This document shows positions 39,523 through 48,556 of a stretch of 64,000 bases of DNA, in pieces. The notes under the pieces were generated by a model that saw nothing but the letters and a program-made list of their open reading frames with translations, did no database searches and was not told the origin of the DNA. Position 1 is the stretch's first letter, and each line of letters opens with the position of its first letter. Made by a program: the position numbers and the translations under genes. This DNA comes from an uncultured Bacilli bacterium (GTDB lineage: Bacteria > Bacillota_I > Bacilli_A > RF39 > UBA660): NCBI GenBank assembly GCA_934130175.1, contig CAKOXP010000007.1, positions 6,344 to 70,343 on the forward strand, read 5' to 3'.

Positions 39523-39630
39523 ATTATTATATCCTTCTTTCTCAAGGTTTCTTCATTCTAGCATAATTTAGTTAATAAGTCAATTACAACTAGCCTAATC
39601 TATGTTAAAATTAATATAGGAGATGAATTT

Positions 39631-40671
39631 ATGAAAAAATTATTATTAATACTTTGTTTTATATCTTTATTTATAACTGGTTGTATAGCTTCTAATCCAA
39701 CAGAAGATGAAAATAATGGGAATATTAAAAATGATAGTAAAAAAAATAATACTAGTTCCGAAAAAAATAGTTATGTTAGTTATAATGGAAAATTAAAAGT
39801 TGATGGAGTTGATTTAGTAAATCAATATAATGAAAAGATTATTCTAAAAGGAATGTCTTCCCATGGACTACAATGGTATAAAGACTTTATTAACGAGGCT
39901 AATTTAAAAATATTAAAAGATGAATGGAAAAGTAATGTCTTTAGAATAGCAATGTATACTGATGAGGGTGGTTACATTTCTAATAAGGATTTATTAAACA
40001 CTTTAGAAGAAAAAGTCGATTTAGTAATTAAACAAGATATGTATGTTATTATTGATTGGCATATTCTAAATGATAATAATCCCATGACTCACAAAGATGA
40101 TGCTAAAGATTTTTTTGACAAAGTAAGTAAAAAATATAAAGATAGTCCTAATGTAATTTATGAAATATGTAATGAACCTAATGGTAGTACAAACTGGAAT
40201 AATGATATTAAACCTTATGCTGATGAGGTTATCAAAGTAATTAGAAATAATAGTAAATCATCGGTAATAATTGTTGGAACACCTACTTGGTCTCAAGATA
40301 TACTAGATCCTATAAATAATAAAATAGATGATAAGAATGTTATGTATGCCCTACACTTTTATGCTGGAACTCATAAAGAATGGTTAAGAGAAAGAATTAC
40401 TAAAGCAAGAGATGATGGTCTTCCTATCTTTGTTAGTGAATGGGGTACAACTAACGCTGATGGTAGTGGTGATGTCGCAACAGATGAAGCTGTTAAATGG
40501 GTTAAGTTTATGAATGAAAATAATATTAGTTATATTAATTGGTCTTTATCTGATAAAGCTGAAACATCAGCTATTTTAAAACCAGGAACAAATAAGAATG
40601 GTTTTACAGATAATGATTTAACTGAAAGTGGTAAATTTGTTAAAAAAGTTATAAAAGGAGAAATATCATGA
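39631..40671 (+). CDS. GH5 endo-beta-1,4-glucanase-like lipoprotein
   Basis: 346 aa. Lipobox LFITGC. GH5 motifs LKGMSSHGLQWY, IYEICNEPNG (acid/base Glu), HFYAGTH and VSEWGT (nucleophile Glu). SD AGGAGA. Confidence 0.85.
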   Translation: MKKLLLILCFISLFITGCIASNPTEDENNGNIKNDSKKNNTSSEKNSYVSYNGKLKVDGVDLVNQYNEKIILKGMSSHGLQWYKDFINEANLKILKDEWKSNVFRIAMYTDEGGYISNKDLLNTLEEKVDLVIKQDMYVIIDWHILNDNNPMTHKDDAKDFFDKVSKKYKDSPNVIYEICNEPNGSTNWNNDIKPYADEVIKVIRNNSKSSVIIVGTPTWSQDILDPINNKIDDKNVMYALHFYAGTHKEWLRERITKARDDGLPIFVSEWGTTNADGSGDVATDEAVKWVKFMNENNISYINWSLSDKAETSAILKPGTNKNGFTDNDLTESGKFVKKVIKGEIS

Positions 40672-41618
40672 TAGAAAACTTAAAAAAGATTGAACTTCAT
40701 CTACATTTAGATGGTTCAGTTAGGGTTAGTACTATAGAAGAATTATTAGGTAAAGACAATTTGGAAAAAGAATTAGTTGTAGATGAAAATAGTAAAAGTT
40801 TAACTGATTATTTGAAAAAATTTGATTTACCAATTAAAGTAATGCAGAATAGAGAAAATTTAATCAGAATAAGTAAGGAATTATGTGAAGACTTAATTAA
40901 AGACAATGTCATTTATGCAGAAATAAGATTTGCCCCTAACTTTCATACTAAAGAAGGATTAAATCTAGATGAAGTTGTATCTTCTGTACTTTTAGGATTA
41001 GATAATAAAAATATTAAGACTAATTTAATTTTATGTATGATGCGTGGTGATAGTTATGAAAATAACAAAAATATCATTGATTTAGCAATTAAATATCAAA
41101 ATAAAGGTGTTTGTGGAATTGATTTAGCAGGAGATGAATCAAGATTTCCTACTTACTTATATAAAGATTTATTTAGCTATGCTTTAGAAAATGATTTAAA
41201 TATTACAATCCATGCCGGGGAAGCAGGTACCTCAAAAGAAGTAAAGGACGCAATAAGTTATGGTGCTAAAAGAATTGGACATGGTATAAAAATAATTAAT
41301 GATGAAGAAGCCATAAAGTTAGTAAAAGAAAAACAAATTCCGTTAGAAATCTGTCCAACTAGTAATGTTCAGACTTGTAATGTTGATAGTATTATAAACC
41401 ATCCAATAAAAAAATTATTTGATGAAGATATCTTATTAACTATAAATACAGATAATAGAACTGTATCCAATACTAGTCTAAATAAGGAGTATAAATTACT
41501 AGAAAAATATTTTAATTTTACTAAAGAAGATTTTATTAAGACAAATTTAATTGCGATAGACAAATCTTTTTTACCAGATGATGAAAAACAAGAATTAAAG
41601 AAAATACTAATTAGTTAA
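40668..41618 (+). CDS. add: Adenosine deaminase
   Basis: 316 aa. Motifs ELHLHLDGS, HAGE, RIGHG and INTDN. Its start overlaps the GH5 stop (ATGA). Confidence 0.9.
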   Translation: MIENLKKIELHLHLDGSVRVSTIEELLGKDNLEKELVVDENSKSLTDYLKKFDLPIKVMQNRENLIRISKELCEDLIKDNVIYAEIRFAPNFHTKEGLNLDEVVSSVLLGLDNKNIKTNLILCMMRGDSYENNKNIIDLAIKYQNKGVCGIDLAGDESRFPTYLYKDLFSYALENDLNITIHAGEAGTSKEVKDAISYGAKRIGHGIKIINDEEAIKLVKEKQIPLEICPTSNVQTCNVDSIINHPIKKLFDEDILLTINTDNRTVSNTSLNKEYKLLEKYFNFTKEDFIKTNLIAIDKSFLPDDEKQELKKILIS

Positions 41619-41643
41619 GAACTACATGTAGTTCTTTTTTTAT
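41617..41643 (+). terminator. Terminator of add
   Basis: Palindrome AAGAACTACATGTAGTTCTT followed by a T-run. Confidence 0.6.
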
Positions 41644-41663
41644 GAATAAAATTTTTGATACAA

Positions 41664-41702
41664 CAAAAAAAATCATGAATATTTCTTAATATTCATGATT
41701 TT
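41664..41702. terminator. Strong bidirectional hairpin, terminator of the minus-strand gene 41720..43090
   Basis: 12-bp stem AATCATGAATAT/ATATTCATGATT, flanked by eight A upstream and TTTTA downstream. Confidence 0.7.
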
Positions 41703-41719
41703 ATAGCACACCTATCACA

Positions 41720-43090
41720 TTAATATGAGATATTTGTTTTTAAAACTTCAATTGCTGGACGAACACCAACTATACTATGATCATTACTATTATATGAAAT
41801 AAAGAAACGACCATTTTGATTTGAATACCAAACAGCAGATGAATGATTTGCACGAGGTGTTTCTAACCAAAGGCCACCAGTTAATATACTATCTGATGAA
41901 TATTTTGTATTTTCCATTAAGAATTGACATTTCTTACTAATCTCTCCTGCACTCGTGCTACCAACAGTAATTTCACAACCAAGATTTACTTCTTGAGCAG
42001 TTAATAGTCTAGCGGCATATCCTTCATAGCTAAAGGTTGTTGGAAGATCTCCTGCAGTTGTTGTATTTCCTCCATTCTCATTTGTTATAGCTCTTGTTTT
42101 ATTTATTAAGCTTACGTTTTTCCATTGAGAAATTGTTGGTAATTGTTTAATTGCTGTTACTGGGCCATTATTATTTTTACCACTAGAGTCATATGCATAT
42201 GTAGTTGAATTTGAAGCTACTCCTCCACTTACATTATTATAATATACAAGTACTGCTGTATTTGAGTCTTGCGTTACTCCATTAGTCATATCTGATACAT
42301 AATAAAATCTTTCTGTTTCAGAATCATACACTCCATCTCCGTTGACATCACAGTCAAATGCATCTCCTGTAGTTAAAACCCCTGTTGTTCCTAAATTTCC
42401 GTAGGTTATTGTATCATTTAAGTTATAGCCATCTGAAGTACATGTGCTATTATTACATATTTCTTCATGTAGAACGGATGCTTTTTTACACAACATAGGT
42501 TTAAGCTGAGTTGCTTCTATACTTATTTGAGCGTTAAAGATTTTTCCCATTACTTCTTCTTCTGTATTATTATCTCCTGCTTTTGAGTCTATCCAAATTC
42601 TCAAACTATACTTAATAGTTTTTCCTTTTTCAATTGTTCCAGAGTCCAACACTCTATCTGTTAATATTTTTGATTTTGATGCAGTTGATTTTTCTCCATC
42701 TTTTAATAAAATATATCTTACTTTAGAGTCAGCTAGTCTATCCTCATCTGCTATTGTTACTTCTTGATCTTCATCATTTGTATAAGTAGTCAAATCTTTT
42801 AGTGATAAAGTATAACTACTTGTACTACTTTTATTTGTTAATGTAAATGTATATTCTTTTGTTGCCATTCCTTGTTGATAACTTCTTGGTATTTCTTTTG
42901 TTAGTTTTATTCCTTCACTTGTTGTATCATCTAAAGTTAATTCTAAGTTTCCTGCTGTTATTTTATTAATTATTTTTGATTCTTGAGAAATACTTAACCA
43001 TGCATATGTTGTTCCTAGTACTACCACTAAGGTTAATACTACTGCTATTACTAAAAGTTTTGCATTGCCTATTTTCTTTGTCTCATTCAT
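41720..43090 (-). CDS. Secreted protein with a TasA/camelysin-like N-terminal region (SipW-type signal peptide pattern) and a Cys-containing C-terminal domain
   Basis: 456 aa. Signal anchor, then GTTYAWLS...ITAGNLELTLDD, resembling the TasA/CalY-type leader and first strand. The C-terminal half has 6 Cys and ends GVRPAIEV. SD AAGGAG. Confidence 0.5.
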   Translation of the reverse strand: MNETKKIGNAKLLVIAVVLTLVVVLGTTYAWLSISQESKIINKITAGNLELTLDDTTSEGIKLTKEIPRSYQQGMATKEYTFTLTNKSSTSSYTLSLKDLTTYTNDEDQEVTIADEDRLADSKVRYILLKDGEKSTASKSKILTDRVLDSGTIEKGKTIKYSLRIWIDSKAGDNNTEEEVMGKIFNAQISIEATQLKPMLCKKASVLHEEICNNSTCTSDGYNLNDTITYGNLGTTGVLTTGDAFDCDVNGDGVYDSETERFYYVSDMTNGVTQDSNTAVLVYYNNVSGGVASNSTTYAYDSSGKNNNGPVTAIKQLPTISQWKNVSLINKTRAITNENGGNTTTAGDLPTTFSYEGYAARLLTAQEVNLGCEITVGSTSAGEISKKCQFLMENTKYSSDSILTGGLWLETPRANHSSAVWYSNQNGRFFISYNSNDHSIVGVRPAIEVLKTNISY

Positions 43091-43206
43091 CTTATACTCT
43101 CCTTTACTATCAATAACACTCTTTTTTTATTGCTAGTCAATTGTTTTTTAGAAAAAAGAACGAAGTAAACATAATTCATTCTTGAAGTTTTTATTAGATT
43201 GTGCTT

Positions 43207-43236
43207 AGAAAAAGTCAAGCAATTTTTGCCTGACTT
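43207..43236 (-). terminator. Terminator after 43251..44465
   Basis: Stem AAGTCAAGC/GCCTGACTT with one mismatch. TTTTT follows on the minus strand. Confidence 0.5.
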
Positions 43237-43250
43237 TGGATTAAATATAA

Positions 43251-44465
43251 TTAATCAATATTATCTAAAACTTCATTAGCCTCGTCTAGTAAACTACTCA
43301 ATTCATCTTTCTTAGATTCTTGAGCTGCAATAATACTGTTTTTAGCTTCTAATTCTTTTTCAAGTTCAGAAATTTTTTCATTAAGTTTATTTGTCTCTTC
43401 TATCATTTTTTTCATTACTTCAATAACACTGTCTAAAACTTCATCACTTTCAGGGTTTTCCTTTTCTGCAACACTATCTTCCTTATTATTATCAGTATTT
43501 GTAATACCATTGGTAATATCAAAATTATTTTCTAAATTAACTTCAGTTTCTGGTTGTTCTTTGTCTTCTTCTGGTTTACTTTCTACATCTTGTGTATCTG
43601 CTAATGGTTTAAACCCATCTAAAATATTTTGACTTATATCTAATTTAAAACTATTATTATCGACATCTATATCTGAAATATTAACTTCTTTATCATTATT
43701 AGATTCAGAAGTTTCATTATTTTCTATAGTAGGATTACTTTCTAATTCTTTTGATTCTTCATTTACTTCTGTATTAGTTTCAGTTTCTGCTATTTCTTGT
43801 TTTTCTGCTTGATTTTGATTCATATTTATTTCTGGAGTAGCAATTGACTCTTCTGGAATCTTAAATCCAGATTCTTCTGGAGCTTCTTTTTTCTCCTTAC
43901 CATCTAAACCAATAAGAACAGTTTCTTTTGAAATATCATTTGAATGGAAATAGAAGTTTGAATCATTTTTACCAATAAAACTTGAATCTGGTCCAATTTT
44001 ATGATTAGCACTATCTAATTTATAAATATTTGCTTCACTATAAGCATCTGAAAATAAAAGTTCTCCTGTAATACCCATTTCAATCATCATTTTATCAACA
44101 ATTGTTGTTGAACTATTTTTAAGCATTGCCTTACTAATTTCATCATTTTCATTTTTTAAGGCATTAACTACATCTTCACTTGTTGGAATTGCATTAACTG
44201 CTAAAACAAATTCATCATTAATATTCTTTATCTCTTTTTTATTAAAATCTATTAATGTAGAACCGTCTATGTTAAAAACACCTATACTATCACAGTAAAC
44301 TCCATCATCAATTGCTTTTTTTGGATCTAGTGTTGCAATAACACAACCATTTTTTAGTTCTCCATTTTTTAATACATAATACATCTTTCCATCTGCAGGT
44401 ACTACATAATTAATTTCTACATTTGGATATTCAGCCATTTGGGAAATACCTTTTTTAATTTCCAT
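43251..44465 (-). CDS. Hypothetical protein: N-terminal globular domain of about 190 aa, long acidic low-complexity region, C-terminal coiled coil
   Basis: ORF track runs to 44477 (GTG). The ATG at 44465 has SD AGGTGG 8 nt upstream. Confidence 0.5.
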   Translation of the reverse strand: MEIKKGISQMAEYPNVEINYVVPADGKMYYVLKNGELKNGCVIATLDPKKAIDDGVYCDSIGVFNIDGSTLIDFNKKEIKNINDEFVLAVNAIPTSEDVVNALKNENDEISKAMLKNSSTTIVDKMMIEMGITGELLFSDAYSEANIYKLDSANHKIGPDSSFIGKNDSNFYFHSNDISKETVLIGLDGKEKKEAPEESGFKIPEESIATPEINMNQNQAEKQEIAETETNTEVNEESKELESNPTIENNETSESNNDKEVNISDIDVDNNSFKLDISQNILDGFKPLADTQDVESKPEEDKEQPETEVNLENNFDITNGITNTDNNKEDSVAEKENPESDEVLDSVIEVMKKMIEETNKLNEKISELEKELEAKNSIIAAQESKKDELSSLLDEANEVLDNID

Positions 44466-44528
44466 ATCACACACCACCTATTTTTATTCTATCATAAACA
44501 TGATATCACAAAAATTCAGAAGAAACAA

Positions 44529-44557
44529 CAAAAAAAGAATTATTTCGCAATAATTCT
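44529..44557 (-). terminator. Terminator of clpB
   Basis: 9-bp stem AGAATTATT/AATAATTCT with loop TCGC. Seven T follow on the minus strand, directly after the stop. Confidence 0.65.
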
Positions 44558-44558
44558 T

Positions 44559-46661
44559 CTATTTTATCAAAAATTCATTATTTTGATAATCAACCAAAAT
44601 CGTATCATTTTCTTTTACTTGGTCTGTAATAATCATTTTAGCAAGACTGTTTTCAATAACTTTGCTTACTTCTCTTTTTAATGGTCTAGCTCCAAAATTA
44701 ATATCATAACCTTCATCAATTAAAGCTTCTCTTGCTTTATCTGTTAAATTAATATGAATTTTTAAATTAGAAAGTCTTTTTTCTATCTGACTTATTATCT
44801 TATCAAGTATCTTAGAAATAGCCTCTTTATCTAGTGAATTAAAGACTATTATTTCATCAATCCTATTGATAAATTCTGGTCTAAAATAATTCTTTAGCTC
44901 ATCTTTTACTAAATCTTTTTTACCATCTAGAATATGTTCACTTCCAACATTAGATGTCATAATAATAATAGTATTTTTAAAATCTACTGTTCTACCATTA
45001 GAATCAGTAATACGTCCATCATCTAGAATTTGTAATAATAGATTTAACACTTCTGGATGAGCTTTTTCTATTTCATCAAATAAGACTATACTATAAGGAT
45101 TTCTTCTAACTGCTTCTGTAAGTTGTCCACCTTCTTCGTAACCAACATATCCTGGAGGAGAACCAATTAGTCTTGAAACAGAGAATTTTTCCATATATTC
45201 ACTCATATCAATCCTAATCATATGCTTTTCATCATCGAAAAGTTCATAAGCAAGGGTTCTAGCGACTTCTGTTTTACCAACACCTGTTGGTCCTAAGAAC
45301 ATAAATGAACCAATTGGTCTATTAGGATCTTTTATTCCACTTCTACTTTTTAATATAGAAGAAGCAACTAAATTTAAGGCTTCATCTTGACCAATTACTC
45401 TTTTTTTCATATTATCTTCTAGATTTATTAGTTTTTCTTTTTCACTACTCATTAATTTAGCTAAAGGAATATTAGTCCATTTCGAAATAACAGTAGCGAT
45501 ATCATCACTTTCAACAACATCACTTAATAGTTTATTTTTACTTTGACTTCTCTTTTCTTCTAATTTTTTTTCTAAACTTGGAATAGTTCCATGTTTTAAG
45601 ATAGCAGCATTTTCTAAGTCATAGTCATTTTCAGCTTGTTCCAAATCAAATTTTGCTTTTTCTAATTTTTTCTTAATATCTTTTATTTCACTATTAAGAT
45701 TTTTTTCCTCATTCCAACTATCTTTTAAATCTTTTTCTTTAACAGTTAATTCAGAAAGTTCCTTATCAATTTCTTCTCTTCTAGTTTTTGATTGTTCATC
45801 TTTTTCTTTCTTAATTGCTTCTTTTTCAATTTGTAGTTTCATGATTTTTCTAGTTAATTTATCTAATGATGTTGGAACAGAATCCATTTGAACACGGATT
45901 GTTGCGCAAGCTTCATCTACTAAATCTATTGCTTTATCTGGTAAATAACGATCAGTTATATATCTATTTGATAATACTGCAGCTGAAATCAAAGCTTGAT
46001 CCTTGATTGTAACTCCATGATGAATTTCAAATCTTTGTTTTAATCCCCTTAAAATAGTAATAGTATCTTCAACTGTTGGTTCACTTACCTTTATCTTTTG
46101 GAATCTTCTTTCTAAGGCACTATCTTTTTCAATATACATACGATATTCATTTAGAGTTGTTGCTCCAATTAGGTGAATTTCACCTCTAGCTAACATTGGT
46201 TTTAAAATGTTAGAAACATCCATAGCTCCTTCTGTATTACCAGTACCAACAATAGTGTGAATTTCATCTATAAACATAATAATATTTCCATCGCTATTCT
46301 TAACTTCTGTTAAGACCTTTTTCAAACGTTCCTCAAACTCACCACGATATTTAGCACCAGCTACAAGAGACGCTAAATCTAGTTCCCACACAATTTTATT
46401 TTTTAAACTTGATGGGACATCACCTTTACTAATTCTTTGAGCAAGTCCTTCAACAATAGCAGTTTTACCAACACCTGCTTCACCTATTAATACTGGGTTA
46501 TTTTTTGTTTTTCTAGAAAGTACTCTTGTAATACTTCTAATTTCTTCATCTCTACCTATTACAGGATCTATTTTTCCACTTTTTACATCTTCTGTGATAT
46601 TACGACCATATTTTTCTAATACGTTTTCTTCTTCATTTTGATTATTTTGATATCCATACAT
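44559..46661 (-). CDS. clpB: ClpB-type AAA+ disaggregase lacking the N-terminal Clp_N domain
   Basis: 700 aa. Begins just before [14 protein letters not shown]. Two Walker A sites ([16 protein letters not shown]). Long K/E coiled-coil middle domain between the AAA modules. SD GAGGGG. Confidence 0.85.
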   Translation of the reverse strand: MYGYQNNQNEEENVLEKYGRNITEDVKSGKIDPVIGRDEEIRSITRVLSRKTKNNPVLIGEAGVGKTAIVEGLAQRISKGDVPSSLKNKIVWELDLASLVAGAKYRGEFEERLKKVLTEVKNSDGNIIMFIDEIHTIVGTGNTEGAMDVSNILKPMLARGEIHLIGATTLNEYRMYIEKDSALERRFQKIKVSEPTVEDTITILRGLKQRFEIHHGVTIKDQALISAAVLSNRYITDRYLPDKAIDLVDEACATIRVQMDSVPTSLDKLTRKIMKLQIEKEAIKKEKDEQSKTRREEIDKELSELTVKEKDLKDSWNEEKNLNSEIKDIKKKLEKAKFDLEQAENDYDLENAAILKHGTIPSLEKKLEEKRSQSKNKLLSDVVESDDIATVISKWTNIPLAKLMSSEKEKLINLEDNMKKRVIGQDEALNLVASSILKSRSGIKDPNRPIGSFMFLGPTGVGKTEVARTLAYELFDDEKHMIRIDMSEYMEKFSVSRLIGSPPGYVGYEEGGQLTEAVRRNPYSIVLFDEIEKAHPEVLNLLLQILDDGRITDSNGRTVDFKNTIIIMTSNVGSEHILDGKKDLVKDELKNYFRPEFINRIDEIIVFNSLDKEAISKILDKIISQIEKRLSNLKIHINLTDKAREALIDEGYDINFGARPLKREVSKVIENSLAKMIITDQVKENDTILVDYQNNEFLIK

Positions 46662-46681
46662 ATTATCACCCCTCAGTATTA

Positions 46682-46709
46682 ATTATACTCATTTTTTAGC
46701 ACTTGTCAA
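46682..46709 (-). promoter_or_regulatory. Consensus sigma-A-type promoter of clpB (-35 TTGACA, 16-nt spacer, -10 TATAAT)
   Basis: On the minus strand, TTGACA lies at 46709..46704 and TATAAT at 46687..46682. The -35 lies inside the CIRCE element. Confidence 0.65.
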
Positions 46710-46722
46710 GCAAGAGTGCTAA
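46696..46722. promoter_or_regulatory. CIRCE element (HrcA operator)
   Basis: TTAGCACTT-N9-GAGTGCTAA compared with consensus TTAGCACTC-N9-GAGTGCTAA: one mismatch in 18 arm positions. Confidence 0.85.
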
Positions 46723-46916
46723 TTATGTTTAAATTTCTCTTCTCCTACTCTTATCTTTAAAGCCTGGTTAGTAAAAATCTGATTATTTTTTAGTCCATTA
46801 TCTTTTTTTATTTGGTTAATACTTACTCCATACTTTTTAGAAATAGAAGCCAAACTATCCTTAAAAGATACTATATGTTTAATATATATTGGCATAATAA
46901 TAATGTTTTTTTTCAT
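46719..46916 (-). CDS. Small LysM-domain protein (65 aa)
   Basis: YIKHIVSFKDSLASISKKYGVSINQIKKDNGLKNNQIFTNQALKI fits the LysM pattern. SD AAGGTGA. Its 3' end overlaps the CIRCE element. Confidence 0.6.
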   Translation of the reverse strand: MKKNIIIMPIYIKHIVSFKDSLASISKKYGVSINQIKKDNGLKNNQIFTNQALKIRVGEEKFKHN

Positions 46917-46952
46917 AAAAGCATCACCTTAATTAAATATATGAAAATTAAT

Positions 46953-46983
46953 AAAAAAAAGATTATACTTTTTTGTATAATCT
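46953..46983 (-). terminator. Terminator of rubrerythrin
   Basis: 9-bp stem AGATTATAC/GTATAATCT with a 6-nt loop. Eight T follow on the minus strand. Confidence 0.7.
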
Positions 46984-46985
46984 AA

Positions 46986-47528
46986 TTACATATAATTATC
47001 GGCTTTAACTTCCATAAAGCTTTGTGGATGATTACATACAGGACAAACATCATATGCTTCTTCTCCTTCATAAACATAACCACAATTACGACATATCCAA
47101 ATTTTATTACCATCTTTTTTGAATACTCTATCATCCTTGATATTTTGTAATAATCTTAAGTATCTAGCTTCATGTTCTTTTTCAATTTCTCCAACTTTTT
47201 CAAAAAGATCAGCGATTCTATCAAATCCTTCTTCTTTAGCAGTTAAAGCAAATTCTTTATACATTTCAGTCCATTCATAATTTTCTCCAGCTGCAGCATC
47301 TTTTAGATTCTCTTCAGTTGAAGGAATAATTCCTCCATGTAATTCTTTAAACCAAAGTTTAGCATGTTCCTTTTCATTATTAGCTGTTTCTTCAAAAATT
47401 GCAGCTAATTGTTCATATCCATCTTTTTTAGCCTTACTAGCATAATAAGTATATTTATTTCTTGCTTGACTTTCTCCTGCAAATGCAGCCATTAAATTAG
47501 CTTCTGTCTTACTTCCTTTTAATTCCAT
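46986..47528 (-). CDS. rbr: Rubrerythrin
   Basis: 180 aa. Ferritin-like diiron motifs ([16 protein letters not shown]) and a C-terminal rubredoxin CRNCGY...CPVCNHP. Confidence 0.9.
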   Translation of the reverse strand: MELKGSKTEANLMAAFAGESQARNKYTYYASKAKKDGYEQLAAIFEETANNEKEHAKLWFKELHGGIIPSTEENLKDAAAGENYEWTEMYKEFALTAKEEGFDRIADLFEKVGEIEKEHEARYLRLLQNIKDDRVFKKDGNKIWICRNCGYVYEGEEAYDVCPVCNHPQSFMEVKADNYM

Positions 47529-47529
47529 A

Positions 47530-47925
47530 TTATTTTACTTCCTTTCCTTCTAAACAATTTTTGCAAATACCATCAAAAACTATCTTTGTTGAATCAATTT
47601 GAATATTATTTTCTTTTTCTAGTCTTTCTTTAAATTTTCTTTCATTAATATCTTCAATATCATAGATTTTCTTACAACATTTGCAATACAAATGATAATG
47701 ATTATGAGTATGACCATCATAATGTTCTTCATCTTTCCCTAAAGATATTTTTAATACTTTTCCTTCTTCAACCAACTTATTAATATTACGGTATACAGTA
47801 GCTTTACCAATCTTAGAATTTTTCTTTTTTAATTTTTCATAAAATTCTGCGATAGTTGGATGTGTATAGTCATTTTCCAATTCCTCTAAAATAAGTTTTT
47901 TTTGCCAAGTATTTCTCTCTTTCAT
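47530..47925 (-). CDS. Fur family metalloregulator (PerR-like by context)
   Basis: 131 aa. Winged-helix [14 protein letters not shown], His cluster [11 protein letters not shown], and two CxxC pairs (CKCC, CKNC). One nt upstream of rbr. Confidence 0.8.
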   Translation of the reverse strand: MKERNTWQKKLILEELENDYTHPTIAEFYEKLKKKNSKIGKATVYRNINKLVEEGKVLKISLGKDEEHYDGHTHNHYHLYCKCCKKIYDIEDINERKFKERLEKENNIQIDSTKIVFDGICKNCLEGKEVK

Positions 47926-47936
47926 ATTTACCTCTT

Positions 47937-47953
47937 ATTGATAATCATTATCA
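47937..47953. promoter_or_regulatory. Perfect 7-1-7 Fur-type box (TGATAAT-C-ATTATCA) between the -10 and the RBS of the Fur-family gene
   Basis: TTGATAATCATTATCAA is a perfect palindrome. TATAAT on the minus strand at 47963..47958, with TTGTAT 17 nt upstream. Confidence 0.75.
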
Positions 47954-47992
47954 ATAGTATTATAGCATACTTATTTATAAAATACAAGTCTA

Positions 47993-48439
47993 TTAAGAAC
48001 CAGGTCTTATAGGATTACATTTTTTTGTTAAGGTATTATTATTAGTAGGATAGACTATAGCATTGCCCTTATTAACATAAAGTGAAAAATTATATTTAAG
48101 TTTACCATTTTCTTTAGTTGCATTTACAAAGGTTTTAGCTTTATCAATAGTTTCACCTTTATTTCCATTATATGCTTTTATTAAATTTTCATTTACTAAA
48201 TCATCATATGTTATAACTACACATTGTGAACCTGTTTGATTTCTAACAAATAAATCTCTATCATATTTATCAACATAAAGTTTTGCACCGTTAACAAGTA
48301 CCTTTTCATATGATTCGTAAACCGCTTGTCTACCACTTTTTTGTAATTCTGTAATTGCTGGTAAACTAATAAGTGAAATTACACTTATTATTGCCATCGT
48401 AACTATTAACTCTGTTAAAGTAAAACCTTTATTATTCAT
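47993..48439 (-). CDS. Type IV pilin/pseudopilin-like protein (prepilin N-terminal cleavage/methylation motif)
   Basis: ORF track runs to 48448 (GTG). The ATG at 48439 has SD AGGTGA. MNNKG-FTLTELIVTMAIISVISLISLPAI is a class III signal peptide. Confidence 0.75.
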   Translation of the reverse strand: MNNKGFTLTELIVTMAIISVISLISLPAITELQKSGRQAVYESYEKVLVNGAKLYVDKYDRDLFVRNQTGSQCVVITYDDLVNENLIKAYNGNKGETIDKAKTFVNATKENGKLKYNFSLYVNKGNAIVYPTNNNTLTKKCNPIRPGS

Positions 48440-48556
48440 ACACTTCACCTATTTTAATTATATCATATCTGATGAAAAGTGACTTTCTAATTTTAGTATT
48501 AATAGTAAATTTACACATGTTTATTTAAATAACATACATTATTATAGGTGAAGTAT

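Noticed and set aside
40668-41618. Adenosine deaminase as part of a RADAR-like or other deaminase-based defence system.
   Set aside because: It is a standard 316-aa Add with the canonical metal-binding motifs. No large ATPase partner is present, and its neighbour is a secreted glycoside hydrolase.
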